This document shows, one piece after another, positions 12,870 through 25,000 of a stretch of 64,000 nt of DNA. Positions within the stretch are counted from its first letter, which is position 1. Each line of letters begins with the position of its first letter. The notes beneath the pieces were generated by a model. The model did not search any database and was not told the origin of the DNA. It worked only from the letters and a program-made list of their open reading frames with translations. This DNA is from Camelus ferus. Taxonomy: Eukaryota. A program made the position numbers and the translations under genes. The stretch lies in NCBI RefSeq assembly GCF_009834535.1, contig NC_045697.1, positions 29,266,001 through 29,330,000 of the forward strand, in the 5' to 3' direction.

Positions 12870-13110
12870 AAGGGCTAATGTTTATGGATCACCTAATTTG
12901 TGTCTGGCAATCTTCTCAGTATTTCATACTCACACTCTCACTGATTCTTCAGAACAGCCTCTGAGGCACATGTCATTATTACCTCCATTTCACACATGGG
13001 GAAACTGGAGTTAAGCGACCGTCCCTAGTCAGCAAGCTAGTAATAGGCAAAGCCAGGATTTAACCGAAGACTGTCCAACCCCAAAGTTGCTGGTTCAACC
13101 ACTAGGATAT
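12870..13110 (-). mobile_element. MIR
   Basis: 'ccatttcacacatggggaaactggagttaagcgacc...aagccaggatttaacc'. Confidence 0.75.
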
Positions 13111-13544
13111 ACTGTATGCCTGCTGGTGCTAAATAAATAGCAGATACTCAGTAAACGTTAGTTGTAAATAGCAAACATCTGTTGAGTGATTCATCAATTG
13201 ATGTTTCATTCATTTCTTTATTCTTAATGAAGGAGGGAAGATAGAAAATCAGGAAGATGGGGAAGAGACAGTTAATAAAATAGAAGTGGCCAGGAAAATA
13301 ACTGAACCAGGGGCTGGTGACCAGGTAGATACGAATGCTTGGGGGGTTTAGGGGAGAAGCAGAAGAGACAGTGACATCCTTGGCTGATGTCATGGTTGGA
13401 AGTCACACTGGCATCATGCTGGGATTATGCTACTACAACTGTCTGGTGTGACTTGAGACCAGGTACTGCAGTTTCCATCTCGGCTCCCTAACCTTCAACA
13501 ACCTTATAATTTTGCTTGGTTTTATCATTCATCTATGATGTGAC

Positions 13545-13810
13545 AGAGTATGTTCTGGGCCTTGGGCAGATGTAAGTGAACAAAATAGATAAAAATTCCT
13601 GCCTTCATGAAGTTTACATTTTAATTCGGAACATACAGACAATAAACATAGTAAGTAGGTAAACTATATAATGGCTTTAAGGTGGCAAGTGCTGTGGTTT
13701 GAAAAACTAGAGCAGCATAAGGGAGACCAGAAGTACTGGGGGCAGGAGGGGGAGTGGTCAGAACAGGCCTCACCTCTATGGTGGCATTTGAGCAACTATT
13801 TAAAGATGAG
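13545..13810 (-). mobile_element. L2 fragment
   Basis: 'aagtgaacaaaatagataaaaattcctgccttcatgaagtttacatt'. Confidence 0.75.
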
Positions 13811-13883
13811 GTTAAAAGAAAGAAAGTAGTAAGAATGGTAAGGCCCATACTACTAAAATAGAGAAATTAAGAATGAATGTTTT

Positions 13884-14272
13884 GGTTCCTTAAAAAACTA
13901 AAAATAGACTTACCATGTGATCCAGCAATCCCACTCCTGGGTATATATCTGGAGGGAACTCTAATTTGAAAAGACACATGCATCCCAGTGTTCACAGCAG
14001 CACTATTTACAATAGCCAAGACATGGAAACAACGTAAATGTCTATTGACAGATGACTGGAGAAAGTAGTGGTATATATACATATAATGGAGTACTACGTA
14101 GCCATAAAAAATGAAATAATGCCATTTGGAGCAACACGTATGGACCTAGAGATTATCATATTAAGTGAAGTAAGTCACACAGAGAAAGACAAATATCATA
14201 TGATGTCACTTATATGTGGAATCTAAAAAAAAAATAAAGATACAAATTTTATTTGGGAATAACATCAAAAAA
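13884..14272 (+). mobile_element. Young L1 fragment (ORF2 C-terminus and start of 3' UTR)
   Basis: 'tgatccagcaatcccactcctgggtatatatc...gcagcactatttacaatagccaagacatggaaacaac'. Confidence 0.93.
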
Positions 14273-14809
14273 GAATGTTTTATAATAAAATTACTACTGA
14301 GAAGCTGAGTACTTTTACAGAGGAAAAATTATTTGTAGCTTTCCTCCCTGGGCGGTCTGGGAGATGACAAAGCATCTATAACTCGATTTTCATCTCAATT
14401 GTTTAAAAATAAAATTTTCATCCCTGTCTAAGTGGTGGTAGCATACTTTCGAACCTTTGGTCAGTTTTGTTTGTTCATGCACATACTGTTTGTGAGTCAC
14501 TGCATTAACTGATTTGTTCTCATAACCACATAACTGTAATCCACAAAATGACGATTCAAGTTACCATGGAACAGCAAAGACTGTCTTTCCTTATGTGGAT
14601 CAAATGAAGCACGAAATTGGTAAATAACTTTTCAAGAAATAGCTAAAGACTTATCCTTAATATAATATACAAAGAAATACCATTAAAATAGTTTCTTAGA
14701 CAAGGAATATATAAAATTGAGTATGTTTCTCAATTTGTATTTGGATAACTATTATTGAGTTCCTATCATGGCAGACATCATGCAGAGGGTTTTAGTATAT
14801 ACAAATTTT

Positions 14810-15090
14810 CATTTAACTTATTCATTCATTCAACAAATACTGAGCAGTTTTGTGCCAGGCAGCATTCTAGACACAACAGGAAACAAAGTAGACAAAATCC
14901 CTGATCTTATGGAAATGGATATATAATAGGTCAGGTGGTAAAAAGTGCTATAAAGAGAAATCAAATGAGGCTAAAGGGTGGGGGTGCTGCTAATTTATTG
15001 CAGGATGATCAGAGACGTTCTCTCCAATATGATGACAGTTGGTTTTCTGGGGGAAAAAATGTTTCTAGGCAGAGGATACAGTAGAAATGA
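14810..15090 (-). mobile_element. L2 3' end
   Basis: 'ttcattcattcaacaaatactgagc...gtgccaggc'. Confidence 0.8.
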
Positions 15091-15499
15091 GAACATGTTC
15101 AGTATTTGATTCTATAAGTATTATTTTATTGGAAACTGAAGGCTCGAAGGTATTGTTATTATATATGTGTCCATATCACATCAGTAATAAGGGGCAAAGT
15201 CAAACTTGACTCTGGGTCTATTAACCTCAAAATCCATGACTTACTCTTTCAAAATAGCATTTGATTTACTCATCCTAACCAAAAGAGCTACTCTTTTAAG
15301 AAAGACTGGCAGAGCATAGGACTACCAGGAATTAATTGGTGCTGCTGTTAAGTTCTATAATTTACTCTAGCCTTAGGCAAATTACAGACACTTGCTCTTC
15401 TCCAGAGCCTGTAAAATGGGGCTCAGGTAATTAACAACTCAGAAAAACTGTTATGAGAACTAATTAGCTACTGCTTACAAAATACTTTGAACATTAACA

Positions 15500-16555
15500 A
15501 TAAGAGTGCCTTCACTCCAAGTATCACATTTTCTTCCCAGTGGAACTCTATATACCTCCGTCCCCACCATCCCCCAACTTCCACATCTGGTCCTTCTCAG
15601 ATTTCCCTCTGTTGGCAAAATTAATTATCTAGTTATTACAATCAGAAGCCCAGGAGTCATCTTTAAAGACTTTTCCTTCACAAACATACATTCCCAAGTC
15701 CTGTTCATTCTACCTCCAAAATGTACCTTGTATCCATCCACATCTCTCCATCTTCAATGCCACCAGTCTATTTCAACCCACCACCCTCTCTTGCACAAAG
15801 GATTGTAAGAATTGGCTAATTGGCCTCCTCCTTTTCCATCTTTCACTCCTTTCTGATGTATTTGCCACACAGAAGCCAAGAGTGACCTCTGAAAAGAGAA
15901 ATCAGGACACATTTCCCTACTTAAAACTCTTCAGTGACTTCCTATTGCAGACAAGGTAAAGTACGACCCTCTACCATGGTGAGGGTGACCAACTCATCCC
16001 ATCTTGCCCAGGACTTTCCTGATTTAAGCACTAAAAGTCCTGCTTCCCAGGAAGCTCTTCAGTTCTGGGCAAATAGGGGTGACTGGTCACCTTAAGTCAT
16101 GGCCGTGAGGCCTCACTCACATAAAGTGGCTCCTGCCTGCCTCATGGCCTCATCTCATGCCACTGCCCCCTCAGTCACTACACCCTTTGCACACTGGCCT
16201 TTGTCAGGTCCTAGAACATCTCTTTCCATTCTCAAGACCATGATGGTATGCCTGCCTTCCCCTTGCCTGAAATGTTCTTCCTGTGGCTATATTTTTCTCA
16301 TCCTTTAAAGCTCAGTTTAAATGCTTCCCTGATCCAAATTAGCCCAATAGTTCCTATGTGCCATTCTCTATTATATCATTCTTCTGCTTCCTTCCTAGAA
16401 CTTATTATTTGTCTTGATTCATTTATAATTTACCCATTTATCATCTGTTTCCTACAATTAGAATGTAAGAGGGCAGGAACCTTATCTGCAATGTTCACTG
16501 TGATATCCTCTAGCACACAGCACATGGCAAGTGCTCAGAAAATATTTACTGAACC
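15500..16555 (+). mobile_element. L2, ~1 kb of 3' region, interrupted by MER81
   Basis: 'caggagtcatcttt...aagtcctgttcattctacctccaaa...tagaatgtaag...gtgctcagaaaatatttactgaa'. Confidence 0.85.
15981..16094 (+). mobile_element. MER81 (hAT-Blackjack MITE)
   Basis: TIRs agggtgacca / tggtcacctt; 114 bp; central 'tttaagcactaaaagtcc'. Confidence 0.88.
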
Positions 16556-16915
16556 AACGTTTTAGTCTTGAGCTCACCCCCACCAAACAACAGGTAGACC
16601 AATGCCCTGTAGGGACAGAGATCAAGGTCTTGCAAACACCACAACATCTGGTTGACCCTGCCCCTCCCCCACTCCCACCCCTGCTAGTGACTGGACCTCA
16701 TTTCAAGGGGACCTCAAAAAATGTTGGTTTCTTTGAAGGCCTAAAGGTTAAAGGACTTGCCCAGAGTTACATACTCAGTTTACGTTTAACATTGGGAAGG
16801 CTAAGACTGATACTCCCTGATTCCCTACCAACTGAATTCTAATTTCAAAGGCTCTTAGTGTAGGAAGCAACCTCCATATCCCATTTGCTTTGGCCCTTCA
16901 AATAAGACTCTATCA

Positions 16916-17070
16916 TTTGCATGTTATAACACGGGGAATATGTTCAGTATTTTGTAGTAACTATATGTGAAATACAACCTTTAAAAATTGTGAATCACTA
17001 TGTTGTACATCTGTAACTTATACAATATTGTACCTCACTTATACTTCAATTAAAAAAATGAAAAAAAAAG
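16916..17070 (+). mobile_element. Artiodactyl-type L1 3' tip with A tail
   Basis: 'tttaaaaattgtgaatcactatgttgtac...tatacttcaattaaaaaaa'; TSD gactctatca at 16906-16915 and 17072-17081. Confidence 0.9.
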
Positions 17071-17429
17071 GGACTCTATCACTGTCTCCATTTAAAAGAT
17101 AAGATGTCTGAAGCCAAGAGAAACAAATGACTTTTCTAAGGTCATATGACTATTGAAAGGCAAGGAAGAATTTCATCCTTAGTCTGTCTCTAGTTCTTTT
17201 TTTTTTTTTTGTCTCTAGTTCTTAATCTTGTTTTTTTGTTCTGGACTTTGTACAACCATGCAATCAAGTATCGTTTCCATATTGAACAGGTTAGCAAATG
17301 CTTTAAAAAAAAAAGAGAGAGAGAAAACAAAGCAGTTGCAGAGATTCCTCAAGAGTGACAAATTATTTAAACAAACAAACAAAAGCAACAAAAATTATTT
17401 AAACACATGTAATGCTTTTGTTCCTGGTT

Positions 17430-17985
17430 CATTAATTCATTCGATTAAGATTTGAGTCTCTGCTATATGCCATGAACCATTTTGGACACTGGGATACAGC
17501 AACGAATAAAACAAAGAAATCCTCTCCACCTTTCTGGAGCTTACATTCTAGTGTGGGAGACAGGTGATAACAGATATATTTTTATGTGTGAGAAGTATCA
17601 GGTGGCCAAAGTGCTATGAAGAAAAATAAAGCAGAGCAAGGAGAGAGTGACAGGCAGGGAGTGCGACTGCCTTAAGCAAGATGATCAGGGAAAGACACTT
17701 GAGTATGATGCCAGTGGAATGGTGATCTGAGTGAATTAAGGGCAGGAACTAGAGGAAGAATGTTCCAGGCCATGCGGAACAGCAGAGCAAAGGTCCCAAG
17801 GCAGCACAGGGCTTGGCACATTCTAAGGAATGCCCCAGGGCCCTGTGGCTGGAGAGGAGCAAACAGGAAGGAGGAAGAAAGGTCACAGAGGTAGTCTCAG
17901 TTGGCAAAATTAACTACCTAGTTATTATAATCAGAAGCCCAGGAGTCATCTTTAAAGACTTTTAAAGATGGGGTCAGATCCTGGT
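17430..17985 (-). mobile_element. L2 3' region carrying a foreign ~70-bp insert
   Basis: 'ggagcttacattctagtg...gaagaatgttccaggc...ggtcacagaggtag[insert]atggggtcagatc'. Confidence 0.85.
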
Positions 17986-18608
17986 GGTAATTGCTCTTTA
18001 AAACTCCCCCTTTTTAAACTGACCTTTCTTTATAAGGTGAATATTTATAAAGCTAGGCCTTGGGGAGAGGGGTTTTATTGAGTGTGTTTCAATACGTTAA
18101 CAAGCACCACAGGATTCGCTTTTCTTCCCATTTCTTGCTGTTAGAATGTTAATCTGTCTAAATTCATTCAGCTCCACTTATTTGGAAATCAACCACTAGT
18201 GCTTGTAGCCTAAGAAAGACACCAACTAATACATCTTAACAGAGCAGACAGTGAGGGCCACTCCCATGGGTCCAGATCACTGTAAAAATCCAAGCTATTG
18301 TTCAGCTAGTAGTTTCACGTTGGTTTCTAAAAATAAGAATCTGAGTCACCCTTTCCTCAGTTGGAGAGCCTTATTCCTTTTGCCTCCATGGCTCCTGGCT
18401 GGTGAACACATTACCTAGCAGAGGGTGGAAGGTCCGCCTGCACCCCCACGGTAGGTGGTGTAGCAGCGACTGAGAAAGGTGAACTGGCTGGGAAGTCAGG
18501 CCTCAATCAGATCCTGCCCTCACCACAATCACGAGACAGTTTTAACCAATTTACTTAACTTTTTTGAGTTGCAGTTTCCTCTTCCATGAAAAAGGGAGAT
18601 ACTAATGC

Positions 18609-19090
18609 TGTATCAGTTTTTTCCTGCTGCATAACAAATTCGCACATGTCTAGAGGACTGGAACAACGCCCATGTCCTATTTCACAATTCTGTAGGTCAG
18701 AAGCTCAAGGTGGTATAACTGGGTTCTCTGCTCTGTCTCAGAAGGCTGAAGTTAGTGTATCAATCAGCTGCGTTCTCACCTAGAGCTCAGGGTCCTCTTC
18801 CAAGGGCATTCGTGTTCTTGGCAGAGTTCAGTTCCTGGCAGTGGTAGGTTTGAGGTCCCTGTTTCCTTGCTGGCTGTCAGCTGAGGGCCTCTCAGCTCTT
18901 TAAGGCTGCCTGCATTCTTTCTCCAGTGGCCTCTCCATCCTTCAAACCAAGTCCCACATGGAGTATATCTGACTTCTGCTCTCAGCCATTTAAGGGCTGT
19001 TTCTCAGGGCTCAAGTATTTAGACCAGACCTACCCAGACAATCTTCCTTTCTTAAGGTCATCTATGTCATATGACATAAAATAATCACCA
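18609..19090 (-). mobile_element. MaLR MLT1 (E/F-like) solo LTR
   Basis: 'tgtatcagt...ctgcataacaaatt...ttctgtaggtcagaag...gttcagttcctggcagtggtagg'. Confidence 0.85.
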
Positions 19091-20773
19091 GACTTGAAAT
19101 CTTCTTCCTTGAAAACTAGAAGTAATTTATATGCATAAAATTGTAGACAATCATTTAGCCACTTTTACGGATAAGGACCCTGTGGTGCAGGGAGCAGATA
19201 AGTATATGAGCTACTCATTGAGTCAAGTATAAGACAACTCTATGGTAAATTGTCTATGGTAAATACTTACTATCTTTTTCATATTCATGGGTGTTAAAAC
19301 AGTAATTCACACATAAGTGATCTCTATTTTAATTGGAGCATTGATTGGATGATTTGATTTGGAAGTTCTATTTGACCTAATTTAATAAGGAAAAGATTGA
19401 GTTCCCCCTTTTCCTTCTGAGCATATGACTTAACTCTCTCTTATCAAATAATTCTGGCAAAGATTTCTCTTCCTCTTCCTTCCCATGTAATTTGGTGGAG
19501 TTCATCGACACAGGACTTTGAGCTCAGGCTTTTATAGTACAGATTCCAACTGAACTCTGGGGATTGACTCAAGTCCTGCCACCTTAAAATGGGGAAGAAA
19601 TGGCTTCTGCACATTTTAAGACTCAGGAAAAATAAAAGGGGAGTGGGATGGGGGTATGAATTAATTTCAAGATACGGTTATTTGGGTTGACTATGTTACA
19701 GATGATCAAGGCTATAGTTCACACTCACGTCATCACATAGTGCACTTCCTCTACCACATATAAGTGCCTGTTTTCCCACTCTTACACCAAAATTGTTTCT
19801 CATTCTAAACTTCTTACCTTTGCCAGAGACTTTCAGCCTGCCTTTGACCCTCTGGTGTCAATATGGTCATCCATATTTACTAGCAAGTATAGCAGCAGAA
19901 ATAAATAGAGGTGGGTTTTTTTTCATTAGTCATGATTGCACAGACAAATGGACCTAGAAATCAGGATCCTTTAAGGCAAAGGCTAACTAAACCTGGCTTC
20001 TGTCCCATTAGCTGTCAATGCAAGACTGCAAAGACTTGATGAGGACAGAGATTCAGCTACGATAAAAAAGATCTTACAATTGCAAACAAGATACCTTTTG
20101 CCTTGCCTGCTTAATGTAGATCCCCTAAGGTTCATGTGGCACAGAACTTGCTAATTTGGAACATGGACTTTGGGTTCTTTTATTTCTAAGATGGCTCTCA
20201 ACAGGCACAACAGAGCTCTTTGTGTTCAGAAACCAGTGCAGAGAAAACATCAAATTGCCTGAGCACACCAATCAACAATGTGCAGAGTCAACCAGGAAAA
20301 TGCGAGAGTCGGTAATTACCTATCTGCGTTCAATAATACCCAGGCACCTCTGGGACTGACTGTTCCTTGCTGAGAACCAGCAGTGCTTGTGCCGAGGAGG
20401 GGCCGGTGCTTGCAGGTGCATTTAACTAGTGAAAGAGGTTTTCTTCCTTGGACTAAGACTTAAAACTACTAATTTCTATTAATGTTATACTTTATGATAT
20501 TATTCATGTGATAATTAACAGCAGGTAAGGCAACATCATAAAAGTGATTTTATGTACCAGAATATGGACAATTCTGTTTATTTTGGCACATAATTAGAGG
20601 GGACAGAAATGATAAGCCCAAATGAAAATTCACATTTTTTAAAAATAATAAGGTTTGAATTATAGTTCTTTCATATTGGAATTATATATAGCTGTAGTTT
20701 AGATCTTTTTGTGGCTTAGCCTTGTTTGGTAAAGGCCTTTCAGTTTTTTGTCTTTGATCTGAGAGTTCATATA

Positions 20774-21033
20774 CAATTGACCCTTGAACAACAAACACAG
20801 GTGTGAAATGTGCAGCCAACTTGTAGAAGATTTTTTTCAAAAGTAAATAGTATAGTACTTATACTATCTGAGGTTGATTGAATCCCATGGATGCTGGACC
20901 ACAGATATGGAAGAACACTGCATAGGGAGGAACCAGGAGCCAGAATCCAGAGGGCCAACTATAAATTACACACAGATTTTCACCTGTGTGGAAGTTTGGC
21001 GCCCCAGTCCCTGAGTTATTCACAGGTCAACTG
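20774..21033 (+). mobile_element. Tigger2-derived MITE (TcMar)
   Basis: TIRs caattgacccttgaacaac / gttattcacaggtcaactg; TA duplication on both sides. Confidence 0.9.
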
Positions 21034-21652
21034 TATTTGTTTTGACTCAGTCCAAGTTGGTTGGAAGTTTGAGAAAAGTCTTAAGTCTCAATGTTTTTTC
21101 TTTCCTTATGTTTCAAATAAGATTTTGTTCAAATTCCAGTTTTCACTAAATAACACATAACTCTTCCCTACTTTTCTCATTTTTTCCCATGACAATGGCA
21201 TTCAAACCTATGAGGACTGGTATTATTTCATTTAAAGAAATAATTTGGTTGAAATGAGCCGTGTGTATAGTGTTTCCTTGCTTTTCCCTAATTTGGATGT
21301 CAAAAAAGAGGTGAATGGATTCCCTCCATTTGGTCTTGGATATATTCTATAATTCCACAGATATTTAAAAAATTCTATACAGCAGCCTTGATATGCTAAT
21401 CATGGGACTCCTTGCTGATTGGAACCGCAAAATGAGCAGCTAGAGAAGTAGCAGTACTTAAATCTGCCAGGAGGTGTTCCTGTGAAGTGTGACATTCCTG
21501 AGTCAGTGCTTCTTTGGTGTTCAACTCTGAGTTATCAAAACTGTATAATCCTACCTACTTTATAAGGTAACTAGCCTGGGAAGAATTCTTGTGCTTTTGG
21601 CCAATGGCAATTTATATGTCCTACAGAGAAAAAACCAGATAGATATGGTGTC

Positions 21653-22029
21653 TATTATAGACTAAATTGTGTTCCTTCAAAATTCGTATGTTGAAGCCCT
21701 ACCCTTCCAATGTGACTGTATTTGGAGATAGGACCTTTAAAGAAGCAATTAAGGTTAAATGAGATTATAAGGGTGACCCTAATCCAATATGACTAATGTT
21801 CTTACAAGAAGGGGAAGAGACACTAGAGATGTGCACATGGAGAAAATACCACGTAAGCACACAGTGAGAAGGTGGAAATCTGCAAGCCATGGTGAGAGGC
21901 CTTAGGAGAAGCCTGCCAGCACCTAGATCTTGAACTTCCACCTTCCAGAACTGTGAGGAAAAAAAATTCTGTTGTTTAAGCGACTCAAACTATGGAATTT
22001 TGTTATGGCAGCCCTAGCCAACTAATACT
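21653..22029 (+). mobile_element. MaLR MLT1A/B solo LTR, complete
   Basis: 'caaaattcgtatgttgaagcccta...tttgttatggcagccctagccaactaatac'; 5-bp TSD gtgtc/gtgtg. Confidence 0.93.
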
Positions 22030-25000
22030 GTGTGATCTTCAGGAAAAAATTATAGGATTTGAGTGTATTTCTTAATATCTTTCCTCGTGGGAGGATGTAA
22101 TTCTCTGGGATGAGTTCACTCTTGTCCACTAGGCAGACAGAATGAAGCCATGAACTGCTCTTGACTATGACCCTTCCCAAGGCTTGGTGTTCATCTCTTC
22201 CTTGGAGCCTTTTAATCTATTTTGGGGAGAGTTTTTTTCTGTTATTTGCAACTGTAAGAGCCTTAGGTAAAACAAGTGTTCAAATCTTGCCTGAAGATTG
22301 ACTATGTTTCAGGTATAGCTATTATTTTTTAAAAAATACCTATAGATAATGTTGATTAACAAGTTAATTCTCAATTTTAGGTTGATAGCAATTTTTTTTT
22401 GCAGTTATGTAGTTTTCTCACTCAATAAATACTAAAACTCCAAATAAAGTAACAATGTGTTGTTGTTAGTAAGAAGATTCTAATAAAGAAGAAGGTTGGG
22501 AACCATTTATCTAGAACTTTCTGACAGTGTAAAGGCTTCTTTGTGATGTAATGGCAATGATACCTAAAAGCTTGATGGGCATGCATTTAAAGCAGGAAGT
22601 CATGATACCTGTCCAAAGCCTGGTGATCTAACCAGACCAACTACATGGCTCAGTGGAAGCTTTGAGTGGAGATGCTTGGAGGCACACTTGTACAATTTTA
22701 CTGTCTCAATCAGACCCTTCCATCCAGAGTAAGCTTTGAGTGGAGGCTTCAGATAAGTCATTGTGGGGCTATGAAATGTACTTGAAAGGGTCTGTGGTCC
22801 ACAGTGGTCCAGTTGAACATGCTCTATGAGGAACTACATATTCTGGAAGCTTGCTCTGACTATACTCTTCCTTTTGAACACAGTGACAGTGTGTGGTGGT
22901 AGAAGTTGTTGGTACTTTGAAAGCAGACTTCCCCTTCTTGTGGAAAAGGACCACTGGGATGTTAGCTACGTCTCTTTTACTATTAACAAAGGTAGATACT
23001 TTGAAGAAAGGGCAGACATTCTCATAGAGTAAAAGTTGAGAGTCACTAGTGGTTAGATAGGAAGATTTTGATTTTACCATTTCTCTTGAGATTGTAGTTT
23101 AAATGACTGTAAGTATTGTGAATCATGATGAATCTATTTGAAAGGCCTGCCTTGAACTCTTTGCAAAAAGGAGTCTAAATGAGGGACCTCAGTGGTCCTT
23201 ATGCAACATGTGGTACACTTTAATCAATGCATCTATTTAATCAATATAAAAATCTCCCCTCTTGCTTTAAGATTATTTGAAATTTTAAGATAAATTCTAC
23301 ATTATCATTAAAAGTATATAAAATCAATAATAATTTTAGAATACAGTATTAACGGCTACAGGCTACCACCCCTCCCCCACCCTACCCATATCCTGCCCTC
23401 TGGTTGACCCACATGAGTCAGAGGAACAAATACTCTCTGACTTCAGGAGCATTATTAACCAACCATCCTGTATAGATGTTAATCCTCAGTCGCACCAGTT
23501 TGCTGGCTTCCTACACTGGCATGCTCTGAAGGCTTTTCAAGTATATTTTGAAGATGGACTTCCTTAATCTCTGGTCTTGAAAAAAAAAAAAAACAAAAAA
23601 CTTGATCTAGTTCTCTGTCACAGAGGACTCCTGAATTCCGAGCTAATCCAGTGGTTCCAGCTTTTGGTGTTTCAGACATTCTTTGAAATAATTGGGGGAT
23701 TCTTTGCCATTTAGGAAAAATTGCTGTTTTCAGGTAATATCACTCAAAATGAAGATGGCCTTTCATCTTTTTCTAAAATTGGAAAAAAGTTAGATTTTAA
23801 CTTGAAAATGCAAAGACACTAAGGGAAATGTATGTCTTGACCAGGGTAATATTTGGAATGCTTTTCAAGCTACCACAGGAAGCAGAGATGTCTCCATCTC
23901 TGAAACCCATCTAACTTAATCCCAGCAAATAATTCCACAGAGCCCATCACTTCTTTTTTTGTTCATTCATTTTCATCTGAAATAACAAAGAGTGATCAGG
24001 TCCCCTGCTCTATCACCTGAAATAAGTTTAGGAAATGAAAGACCAACAACTACATTATCAATCTGGATTGACCAATGTTGGCAACTCCTTGCTCATCAGA
24101 TTTAATTTTGTTACATGACCTGATGTGGCCTGCCTCTATAGCACATTTCATTACCAACAGCAAACAATCCATATGTTCAGAATGTTTCAGACCCAATCCA
24201 GGAAAGAACTGACTTCAGTAACTACATTCCTTTTGTTATTCCTTGTAACTATGCAGTTAGTATCTTTATAAAAATAAAAATGGACATTTCTGTTCATGAC
24301 TATTAAATGTTTAATTTGCCAGTCCCTCTGCACTGTGTGACTAGTCAGATTCTGCTAAAGGTATTATGCATTTGAAAGAGGTGGCTACCTGGATACAAGC
24401 TGCCACAAATGAAAAATAGCCTGTACTCCAGCCTCATTTTCAACTGAGAGTATGTTTTCTCAGAGACACAATACACTAAACACTGGATGGGCCCTTCGAT
24501 AATTCCACAGATTATTTAAACCGAAAACATCAGCGCAAACATCACTTGACATGTTTCCCCATCAATGCTGACGTGGTTGAGCTATTGCTCCAACTCTTTC
24601 TTTTGGGGAATTTACATTTCTTTTTTGAAATCACCCACCATGGCTGATGCTATTTTTTGTCTTTGGGGGTCAAAACACCTCTGTCCTTGGTGTAGGAGAA
24701 GAGGTAAGTATTTCTGGAGTGTCCTTTTCCCTTCCCAAACCTGAGTTTCTGCTCTTCTATTTCCTCCCCTCTGCTAAGTGCAGTTACCCCAACTCCCAGG
24801 TCTAAAGACTAGCCCAGGTGGGTGGTGCCCCAATTTTTTCTCAGAGCTGTTAAAGTTCTGAGTCACCCTTTCATTAATAACTGGGAGCCACACTTATATC
24901 TTCACTAGCCGTATTTCCTTTTTTCTGAAGACCTAACCTGCAGAGACAGGTTCCTACGTGAATACCTGCTCCAAGTCATTCTGGATCCCCGTACTCTACC

